Below, one piece after another: positions 39,001 through 51,000 of a DNA stretch of 64,000 nt. The notes under the pieces were generated by a model that did not search any database, had not been told where the DNA came from, and saw nothing but the letters and a program-made list of their open reading frames with translations. This DNA comes from Hormiphora californensis (lineage: Eukaryota; Animalia; Ctenophora): positions 4,526,001 to 4,590,000 of the forward strand of contig CM035357.1 in the NCBI GenBank assembly GCA_020137815.1, given 5' to 3'. How positions within the stretch are numbered: the stretch's first letter is position 1; each line of letters opens with the position of its first letter. The position numbers were made by a program, and so were the translations under genes.

Positions 39001-42000
39001 TGAAAGTGAACAGATTAGAGATCATGGAGAAATACATACACCTGAAAGTGAACAGATTAGAGATGGAGGCTGAAGTACATACACCTGAAAGTGAACAGAT
39101 TAGAGATCATGGAGAAATACATACACCTGAAAGTGAACAGATTAGAGATCATGGAGAAATACATACACCTGAAAGTGAACAGATTAGAGATGGAGAAATA
39201 CATACACCTGAAAGTGAACAGCTGATTAGAGATGGAGAAATACATACACCTGAAAGTGAACAGATTAGAGATGGAGAAATACATACACCTGAAAGTGAAC
39301 AGATTAGAGATGGAGAAATACATACACCTGAAAGTGAACAGATTAGAGATGGAGAAATACATACACCTGAAAGTGAACAGATTAGAGATGGAGAAATACA
39401 TACACCTGAAAGTGAACAGATTAGAGATGGGGAAGGCGGGTTCGGCTGAAATACATACACCTGAAAGTGAACAGATTAGAGATGGAGAAGGCGTTCGGCT
39501 GAAATACATACACCTGAAAGTGAACAGATTAGAGATGGAGAAATACATACACCTGAAAGTGAACAGATTAGAGATCATGGAGAAATACATACACCTGAAA
39601 GTGAACAGATTAGAGATGGAGAAGTACATACACCTGAAAGTGAACAGATTAGAGATGGAGAAGTACATACACCTGAAAGTGAACAGATTAGAGATGGAGA
39701 AATACATACACCTGAAAGTGAACAGATTAGAGATGGAGAAATACATACACCTGAAAGTGAACAGATTAGAGATGGAGAAGGCGTTCGGCTGAAATACATA
39801 CACCTGAAAGTGAACAGATTAGAGATGGAGAAATACATACACCTGAAAGTGAACAGATTAGAGATGGAGAAATACATACACCTGAAAGTGAACAGATTAG
39901 AGATGGAGAAATACATACACCTGAAAGTGAACAGATTAGAGATGGAGAAATACATACACCTGAAAGTGAACAGATTAGAGATGGAGAAATACATACACCT
40001 GAAAGTGAACAGATTAGAGATGGAGAAATACATACACCTGAAAGTGAACAGATTAGAGATGGAGAAGGCGTTCGGCTGAAATACATACACCTGAAAGTGA
40101 ACAGATTAGAGATGGAGAAATACATACACCTGAAAGTGAACAGATTAGAGATGGAGAAATACATACACCTGAAAGTGAACAGATTAGAGATGGAGAAGTA
40201 CATACACCTGAAAGTGAACAGATTAGAGATGGAGAAATACATACACCTGAAAGTGAACAGATTAGAGATGGAGAAATACATACACCTGAAAGTGAACAGA
40301 TTAGAGATGGAGAAGGCGTTCGGGTGAAATACATACACCTGAAAGTGAACAGATTAGAGATGAAATACATACACCTGAAACAGATTAGAGATGGAGAAAT
40401 ACATACACCTGAAACAGTGAACAGATTAGAGATGGAGAAATACATACACCTGAAAGTGAACAGATTAGAGATGGAGGCTGAAGTACATACACCTGAAAGT
40501 GAACAGATTAGAGATGGAGGCTGAAGTACATACACCTGAAAGTGAACAGATTAGAGATGGAGGCTGAAGTACATACACCTGAAAGTGAACAGATTAGAGA
40601 TGGAGAAGGTGTTCGGGTGAAATACATACACCTGAAAGTGAACAGATTAGAGATGGAGGCTGAAGTACATACACCTGAAAGTGAACAGATTAGAGATGGA
40701 GAAATACATACACCTGAAAGTGAACAGATTAGAGATGGAGAAGGTGTTCGGGTGAAATACATACACCTGAAAGTGAACAGATTAGAGATGGAGAAGGCGT
40801 TCGGGTGAAGACAAATGCCTTCCCTCGCGTCATGATCAAGCTGGATTCACAGTTCAATGGAGCACATATTTTTTGCGTCTTCCCAACCCCACACTCTAAC
40901 GAAACAAGAAATCCCCCCCTGGAGAGAAATGAATATCTTGAGTCACCCGACACTGTGCCCGCGCGAGTAAGAACAATTCAATGAATATCTGTCGGAGCAT
41001 ATTGGCATAACCCTAATCTTATAGCATTGGCCTGACAAATGAATTCGGGGCCTGGCAAGACACTAATCTAAACCAAACCCATCCCTCCTAAAACAGATGA
41101 ATATATCTTACCTGACATCATCATTCACCCATTTGGAAATATCTTCACTTCTTATAAGAACTGCAGTACTGTTTACTTTCCCTTTTTGGTTGGTCAAACT
41201 GTTAACAGTTTTATTGTGGAGAATCCAACTGTCCTCACTGCCTGGCAACAACTGCAGAGAGATACATATGTGTTACCCGGTCGCTTGTAGTGGTAAAACG
41301 GTAATGGAAAACGGAGATACGGTAAGAAGACGCGCAACCATGGCCAATCAGTGCGCTAGTACGTGCTGACACATAAACTTTTTGGCAGAGTATTGTACGC
41401 TCCATTCGAGAAAGTGAAAGAGAAAGAGAAAGACAGAAACAAAACGACAATGAGAGGGGATAGGGACGGAAAGCGATAGGAACCTTCCCCGAATCGTGTC
41501 TCATACCGTCTAACACTCCTGATCTGTCTGGCGCCGCCGACCCCATCTGAGCGCACTGAGAATCAAATTGGGGTATGGGCGCCGCCATACGGCTCTTGAT
41601 TGGCTTCCCCGAATTATCTTCCATATCTCGTATCGTCTGCTACTGCTAATAAGCTTCACCGAATCACATGGTTCATATCCCGTATTGTCTCCCACTGCCA
41701 ATAAGGCGTCCCAGAATCGGATCACATATCCATCCCCCTCATTAGAATTTGTTAGTGCTTTTGTTAGTGCTTTTGTTAGTTCTTTTGTTAGTGATCGGGC
41801 TTCTCTTATACCAATGCCAATCTTTCTCTCTCTCCTCTCTATATTCTATTCCCTTGCTTCTTCTCTCTCCCCCTCACAATCTCTAATACATATATCTCTT
41901 TTCTCTACTCTTCTACTCTTCTATTTTCTCTCGCCAAAATCTATTTTTAATTTCTTTCATTTATAAAGAGAATGTATGTCTAATCAGGTGGGGTATTAAT

Positions 42001-45000
42001 GATCTAAAAACTGCTTTCCTAAATTCACCTTAGCTTCTAATATTAGCGTTCAGCATGGAAGCCAAGCATGGTCCTTTACGTGATATGCTGAGTTTCGCAT
42101 ACCCATTCGATTCTCGATCCCAGAGCTGTAGCATGTGCCTTGGCGACAGTGTGCTCAGATGGGGTCGCGGCGCCAGACAGGTTTTTCTTAAAAAGTTTTT
42201 TCTTTTTTGTTTGTAGCATGAGGGCTGCTGGCTTTGTTTCTTTATCCCGATTTATAGTCTGTTATTTAATTTCAGCTAACAAGTTGTTTTCCAGAAATTT
42301 ATGTGTCCTGTTTTTCCTTAGGCTTTTTTCTATTTTTTGGAGTATATAATCAGTAGATGTGTCTATTTTGTTCTAAGTGAGTCAGGATATTAACAATCTT
42401 GGTGTACCGCTCTGAATCTGGGCAGTGTTGGACTCATGTCAATGATCCAGCCCTGTCTGGACTGAGCGGTATACTAAAAACCCTTTATTATTATTATTAT
42501 TATTTCTTTTATTTTCTGTTTTTATTTCTAACTAATTTTTTTCTTTCTGTTATTCCTTATTTTTCATTTGGGCGATTTATACCATTACATACCACCATAG
42601 ACAGCACATATAGACAGCACCATAATTACATGATATAGGGGTGTTCGAAAGCTTTCGAAGTTGTCTACCACCATAAAATTGGTTGTTGTGAATGTCCCAT
42701 GTTTATATTGAACACTCGACGCGTACAGAATTAGCTGTATGTACCATATTTTCAACAACAAAAAATCACATTTTCAAAAAAAATCACATCATGATAAGAG
42801 AAATTTGATTTTGGGCACATTTTAGGAGTCGGTACTAACACTTAGGTATTTAGATAGGGTTCGTTCTAGGTACTCGATCTTATCGTATATAATATCGTTT
42901 ATGTTGGGATGGTTTAGTTTTGAGTAGCCTGAAAGTATGTTTGTCCAGCAGTATAGCTATCCGTACAATGGAGTATCTGCTTTTGCGCTGAAACTTCGCC
43001 ATTTCTGAGCCGATTTCAAATTTCTTGAGCTGCTTGGGACGAAGTCGATGCCCTCTTTGCAAAGAGCCAAAGAAAAAGCAATTTGGCTAAGAAACGGCTG
43101 AGTTATGACCCAAAAAACGTCAACTTTCATTGGTGATTACTCGACCAAAACGCGGAGTTTTTACGTCAGCCGACCCGAAACGTGTGGGACACAACGGAGA
43201 TCTGAGCTATGAAAAAATGTGATGTGAGAACTTTATAATACCAATAATTGGTGGGCGGACTCTAGTGCTAACGGACTCTATATCTAAACCCAAGGAGGAC
43301 TCTATATCTAACCCTAACCTTTACACTAACCCCTCACCTCGAACCCAAATAACAGCCCTAACACTTCTAAACGAGTATAGAGGCACAGCAAACTCTCGTT
43401 TCCGGCCTAACGGCCGAAATCTCGAGTTCGCTTTTCGTGATTTTAGCACTAGAGTCCGCTTACCATAATAATTATGTCGAAAATCACCATGAAATTAACA
43501 TCATATGCCCTGACTACAAGTAGTATGTAAAAGATAAAACGGCCACGAATCCTGGTGGTTTAACTATCTGCCACTTCCCAACATGGAGGATCTGGAGATG
43601 GGTCCTGTGGAACTGTCCGAGGAAAGACGACCATCCCAAAATATCAATGAATTAACATTAAGAGAAAAGCTGGCAGAGAAAGACAATCAGCTGGCAGAGA
43701 AAGACAGTCAGCTGGCAGAGAAAGACAGTCAGCTGGCAGAAATGAATAAAACGCTGGCAGCGAAGGATAAAAACCTGGCACAATTGAATGCAGAGAAGGA
43801 CAGTCAACTGGCAGAAAGGCTGGCTGAATTTAGGATCCAGCTAGCAAAAATCTCAGAAGAGATCGTCTTTCAACCGACTTTATTGAAAGGTAATTTAAAC
43901 TACAAGCAAAAAAGTCGTACCTGAACCACATGACACCCGGCTGTTCACATTACTGAGATTGTGTACTTTTTGGTTTAATTCAATGTGCATTAGAATTAAC
44001 CGTTCCATGAGTTTGTGGAGGTTTGACGCTAGGGTTATTGTTAGGTGATTTAGGCATGCGATAGTCATCCTTTCCTGGCTTGGGCAGGTAGATGGCATCT
44101 GCTTCCTGCCAGGATTTGGGGGTTACCCCTAGGGCCTAGACTGTACGATGCCTTAATATAGCTATCTTTGCAAATGGTTCAGCAATAATGTCTGCTACTT
44201 TTTGCATCATGATGGGTCTGATGCCATCCGGCCCAGCAGCTGATAGAGGTTTAAACTTCCTTAGTGCTTTCATGATACGTGTTTTTGAGAATGTTTTTCA
44301 TCAAAAATCTGCCCTTCTAGGGCTTTAGTTTTGTCCTTGAGGGAGGGTCTGGTTGAGTGGTCCTCGCCAAAGCGAACCTCTGCCATTATCTGGAGGGTTT
44401 CTATAGGGGGGGGGGGGGCTGTGGGCAGAAACGTATGTTTTTGGGGTACACTTGTAGTATGCCAAATGCCCATGTAGACTGTGAGATTCTTCCGATAGGG
44501 ATATCGGGAAATACTCTGATCAATAAGCCGTGTGGTATACAGACTCTTCCGATAGGGTGAATAATGAATATCAGGGAAACTATTTCTAGTCATACATTTA
44601 CAAGGGGACAATTCATTGGTCCCACACCCAGTGCCCACAGCATCAGTTCTACTACTTTTTCGTTAGCTGTTTCAAGTTCTTCGGCGTTTGATATTTCCAT
44701 TTCTGCCAGTCCTGATATTCTAGGCCCTTTTCGACAAGTTGTCTGTATAGGGCCAATTTTGTTGTAGAAGGGGCGTATCTTGCTACCGTCCATGTCCCTC
44801 AACACAAATGTGATGGGTACGTGGTCGGATCTGCATTTGCCCTCTATTGTCTTGTATCATTTCCAGTGTATGGTTGTTGGTCATGATAAGATCTAGCACA
44901 TTTTTTCTTTTTCCATTGTTACACGGTCGCTTGTAGTGGGAAAACGGTAATGGAAAACGAAGATACAGTAAGACGACGCGCAACCGTGACCAATCAGGGC

Positions 45001-48000
45001 GCTAGTACGTGCTGACACATGAACTTTTTGCCGCGCGTTATGCACCGTGCGCGTCTCCTTACTGTATTTTGCGTTACCGTATTTTGACTGCAAGCAGCAC
45101 TGTTAAAAGTGTGGGGGCAATTCACGCGTTCGATACATGCAGATCAAGATCTACAACGGCATCTAATAGTGCATTTCCCATTTTCTTACCGATAGGATCT
45201 TTAACCACTGCTCCCCAATTAGTGTTGTGGGCGTTGGTATCAGATCGAACTACTAGTTTCAACTGCCAACCCTCCTAGTAATTTGGGAGGGCATCCGGAA
45301 TTCTCGCTCTCTTTCCATGTACATTGAACATAGAATGACTGCTTTGGTGCCCAATTTGACAAGGATTTTGACGTGGTCTTTTTTGTCATATAGGGCAGAG
45401 AATCCTCCGCTGGACCTAACTTTAGACGATTTCCCTATTATAGGCGGTTCTTGGGCTAGGATAATTTGTTATCTTGTTTGGTTGTAGGTGATTATGTCAT
45501 CACATGGTGTTACTCTGCTGAGGGTCCTTAAGGCGGCCGTAGACTCTGCTGCCCCTCCTGTTGGGGTGGGGCGGCAGATTTTCTTGGGCTCCGCGGGCAG
45601 TGTTAAACCTCCCTGTCCCTTCCTTTCGGAGGGTCATTTGGGTTCCACTTGCACTATTCGGTGCTGCGATTTGACTCTTCTGCCCTTTCCCTGTCGCTAC
45701 ATTGCCCGTTTCTCCAACATTTAGTAGATCAGCTTCACTGAAGGGCGTGAGTCCCGTTTTACAGGGGCTGGTGCCCTCCGGTAATGGAGGGTGCTCCCTG
45801 GATAGAGGGTGCTCCCTGGAGGGCCCTCCTGGGATGGGGGCTCTGCGGGTAGTTCTCTAGCTATTTGGGGGAGACAATGGTAGTGAGAGCCCTCACTTAG
45901 ATGGTTTGTGAAGGTAATATTACTCTCCATATAGCATTGGATATGGTGGGTCAGTAATGATATGCCACGTTGTTTTAAAAGGGAACGAAGAGACGCCTCG
46001 TGACCACGGAATTAAGAACCATGGCCTGAGGGTCGGCGAATTACACACCCTATTGAGTATTGGTTGTTTAGTTAGGTTATAATGTAAGGTCGGGAGCAAG
46101 GGTAGCCCATTTGATTTTCCAATTATGCTGATTTTGGTCGCATTGTGAAGTTAATCGATAGCCAAACATAATTGGTTAAATTTTGAGCTAGAGGTCTGAA
46201 ATTTTGATCAAGTTATTTATGGTAGAACTATCATGGTAGACTTGGGGGGGGGGGGGGGGTATTGCCCCACACGGTGGCTTCCCCAAGCAGCGCACTGGGA
46301 AAGCTATCTGAAATAACGCACCAGTGGTCAGAGTTTAGACCTCATTTAACTCGAATATTTTCAGACCGGATCAACTATGACACTGAATTAGAAGCTGAAA
46401 CTGAAATTGGAAGTGGATTTAAGGCCGATCAGGTATGAAAATAATTTATTTCTAGGTTCAATGCACTTATATCACTGCACCGGCAAGTGCATTGAATGAT
46501 TGTACAGTGAGGGATCACAGAGAATTAAACAGAATTAAACGAGAGAACTAATTTTGCCCCTGCACATGTTGCCCCTGCACATTTTGGTGACATGTAAACC
46601 TGTGTGAGATCGATGCGCGACTGAGATCGTTTTCACATACATACACAGTATTATTCGCGGAGCGAGAATAGGTTGCAATTGATACAATTGCACATTTTGC
46701 CCCTGAACATGGTCTATCTTCCGTTCTGCTACCGCGTGGGCCAATAAAAAGGGAGGGTCTTAAATCTTAGATTTCTCGGGCAGCTTAATTCCAATGGTTC
46801 TGAAACTTTGACACAATGTTCATGAGCTTATGCCAGATATGTGTACAGAGTTTCAAGTCCAAAAATGCAGAAATTCATTGATGAACCGAAATTCCTTTTT
46901 TTATAGTTAATTGGAGGTTTTCCCTTGTTCCAAGTCGATTTGGATCGCAAAATTGCAGCCACTCAATAGTGTTAACATTTATCAATGGCAATCTGAAATT
47001 TCATTGAAAATGAATAAAGTTTAGTGGTTGAAATTAATGAATTAAAAATGATCATTTTTTCAAAAAACATATTTTCGCTGAAAATGAGAAATTTGCACTG
47101 TAGAGATGAAATCAAAACCTAGCTGGGTTATGCTTTAATCATTTAAGTTCATTTTGGTTTTTTTAATTTTAAATTTTTCGTTAATAACTGCATAAATTAA
47201 CATTTAACCGATAGTTCATTAACAAACCGTTAGTTGAGACATTAGTAAATCGAAACCTTGCTAATGGAAGCTTACCAATATAAATATCGACTTTTGAGTA
47301 ATGTAGCTCAAGCATGTATAGAAGGATCTACGAAAAGCGCGAATAGTCAAAGTTAATTAATTCATTAATTCTCATTTTAGCTCAGTTTTACAGGAACATA
47401 CTTGCATTAAGTGCACAATCAGATGGATTAATTTTTATCCAGTTGCTGGCGGCAGAACTCGACAGAGTTCGATTGATTTACCATGACAACGGAGTTGGTT
47501 ACTATAGCAGCCAGAGAATTCGCCGTAAAATATCCCTTTCTTGCTATAAACTCGGGTACCGGACTAAAACTCGAACGGACGATAACTCCAACTCGAAAAT
47601 TTCGGACAATAACTCACTTTTGAAAATCTCGAATTTAGTTGAGTTATAGCCCGGATCTCCACCTTTAGATCAATTTTGAACACCTCTTAAACCAATAAGA
47701 GCATTTATTTAATTAATTAACGTGGTGAGATAAGAAATTTATTTTGTTCTACTCCCACTAACGCAAAGGCGTGGTCATTTTACATTTTGGTCCCATTATT
47801 TTTGTCTAGGGTAAACCGGGGCAATTCGAACCATGTGCTGCCCGTCTCTTACCGTTAAGGTATCATAATGACGTCATCCTATCTCCAGAAGACAACTGCT
47901 CGTTCGAGCCTGCCCGTTACCACTAAAAGGGCTCTAGATCCGGTTTATATTGGCCAATTTCAGATTTGAAAAAAACTAGCTGAAAGCTAACAATATTAGC

Positions 48001-51000
48001 TTTCAGATGGTATAATGTTTTCATTCCAAATTCTAGTAAATTAAGACCACCGGGGCAATTCGAACCACCGGGGCAATTCGAACCGGGGCAATCATACTAT
48101 TATCCTTATTATAATAAGCAAATGCGTGGCGTGATGAGTATGATGTAGTATCCCACGTGCAAATGGTGGGGGTTGCCAAGGAGGTGGCTTGGGAGGGGTA
48201 TTGGAGATTGTGGGGGGATACTGCACGTGCATGTTGTTTGTTGTTTGTTGTGTGTTCCTGTGGTGTTTCGTGGTGTTTTAGAATCTACTGCTGGGACCGC
48301 CATAATTGCCAAAGCCTTTCTACCTACGTACCCCGTTGATTCTCTACATAGCTACAATTCTACGGATCTTTACCACCTGATTCTACATGTTATTCAGCGG
48401 AATTTCCCTTGATGTTTATCACCAGCGCTCTACCACTACCAACCTCCGTATTCTTTACCCCGACATGGAGAGACAAAGAATGAGAGGGGGAGAGAGACAT
48501 AGAGACGGGTGGGGGGGGGGTGTTTTAGGACTTAACAATGGGCTTTCTAGTTAAAGCAAATAGGGAAATCCCATGTCCCGTTTTACCAAATATGGCACGC
48601 ACAAAATTCCTGGAAATGGCCTTTTGCACGTGTTGTCCCTAGAGGGACCCTGGCAACCTGCCGGGCCAGCTTGAGCCTTAAACTGCACGTGCATCCTTGA
48701 TTCATCTCTCTGCCGGTTGTGTGATTGATCGTTTGCTCGATTTGATCTGTTCACCACGTTTCGTGAACATGACTACTCAACTTCAACACAATCGCCAGCG
48801 AGTTTGGAGAAGCCATATGTCCCAAACTGGCGCTGACGCCTATAGACTACGTGATAGAATCCTACAAAAGAGGTGATTATTATTCAAAAAAAGTTGTCAA
48901 CACACGTAATAACAAAGTATCAATGGCACTAATAAGAAATGACAGTAATACGTGAAAGTATTTTGCCAATGTACTCCTTCATAAAATACTTCAGGACCTG
49001 GCAAAAGAGGACCCGTGGTTTTTCTGTCGAAAGAATCCCTGTGGTTAATTTACCTGATACATTTACTGATTTAAAAAAATTTCAAATGATACTACACTAT
49101 TTGCTTAGTTTACTGTATGACCATCCCTGACATTCGCCCGTAGGGCGAGCGGGCTTACTAGTTTGGTTAACACACCGGGGAAATTTAGTTCGTGAACCGG
49201 GGCAAACCCCTTTAATTCCAACTTCGGGTCGGACGAGGGGAAGCTTGCCTTTTGCGAACATAACAAAACATCCCATTTTCCTAGGACGAAGGTGATGCTA
49301 ATACTTCAGTTAACTCGGAAACAGAAGCAACCGGTGATGCCAATGAGGACACTGATAATGGAAACAATGAAGAAGAGAATTTACTGATACAGGCCATTAA
49401 CGAAACAAGCGATCTTCAACAGATGCTTGAGAGCGAATACAGAGATGGTCTGACTCCACTAACATACGCAGCTGAACATGGGTTTGTGTCAGCAGTGAAG
49501 ATTGTTACCACAAGAGTTCGTGATGATGACAAACTGCTAACAAGTGTATTACTAGCTATAGATAATATGGGGCGGACCCCCCTCAACTGTGCAGCTGGCA
49601 AAGGACATGATGCAGTGGTGAGGACACTACTGGAATGTGCTAAAACTAACGAAATACCGTTAACAGAAGTGTTACTAGATAGGTATTATACGGATTGGAC
49701 CCCCCTCCACTTTGCAGCTGGCAATGGACATGATGCAGTGGTGAGGACACTACTGGAATGTGCTAAACATACTGACAAGCTGCTGAGAGAAGTGTTACTA
49801 GCGAGCATTAACACATCTAAGTGTACCCCCCTCCACTATCCAGTTGAAAGAGGATATGATGCAGTGGTGAGGACACTACTGGAGTGTGCTAAAACTAACG
49901 AAATACCGTTAACAAAACTGTTACTAGCTAGGGATTATATGGGGCAGACCCCCCTCCACTATGCAGCTTTCACTGGATGTGATGCAGTGGCGAGGACACT
50001 ACTGGAATGTGCTAAAAGTAACGAAATACTGTTAACAAATGTGTTACTAGCTGGGACTGAAGATGGGTGGACCCCCCTCCACTGCGCAGCTAGGAGAGAA
50101 CATGATGCAGTGGCGAGGACACTACTGGAATGTGCTAAAAGTAACGAAATACCGTTAACAAATGTGTTACTAGCTGAAGATAATCTGGGGCGGACCCCCC
50201 TCCACTTGGTGCGTATTCTAAGGGGGGTCGCGCGGCGCAAGTGCTGGGCGAGGAAATTATGTGGTTTTCTGAGGGTAGGGAATACCACCACCGTTAAGTA
50301 TAAACAGTTCGAATACTAGTGGAAGTATCACTCTGAAACTTTGCAGGGATGCTAGATAGACTATATACTTGGCCGGGGTATAAACTCTTTAAATTTGGAC
50401 AAAATATGGTGATCTAGCTACCTGAAGGAATTGATGAAATTCAAAGATCTCATATCCCGGGACGTAAAATACTATTTTAGGCATACTTGCAAAATATGAA
50501 CTTGAAATCTTGAGAAATGAAGAAACTAGACACTAATTACAGTAGGTGACCAGGGAAATCATCAGAAGCGAACTCCATGTGCGACACCTTCGCACGCTCA
50601 CGGCGTGCCTGATGAAACTTTAACACGACCTAGCATGCTACGGGAAACCACCACTTGTACGTGGTAGCTGAGGGTCTACAGAATGGCGCTACGGTGCGGG
50701 AAAAACATTCCATTGCCTAAAATCTTTTTTTTACTTTTATTTGATTTGGGTCAAAATTGGCTATATTAAACGTGGTCCCGAAAAATCCATAATGACTTAG
50801 CACACGAAATATGTCACCCCACCTATTTTTGCACGTAGAATCGATTGCCGTTGAAGTCGAATCTCTAAAATGACTGTAAAATGGTCAAAAGTTGATTTTT
50901 TACCATTTTTTGGAGGTTTTTGGCCCCTAAACCATTGAAAACGTTGAGATAGGAATTTGAAACTAGTGCCAATCGTTAAAATGGTCATTTTTCTACCAAG

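Noticed and set aside
38396-40806. CRISPR-like array or repetitive protein ORFs (MEKYIHLKVNRLE)n
   Set aside because: Head-to-tail units with no unique spacers, eukaryotic context, no cas genes. The ORFs arise because the unit length is a multiple of 3, and they shift frame freely.
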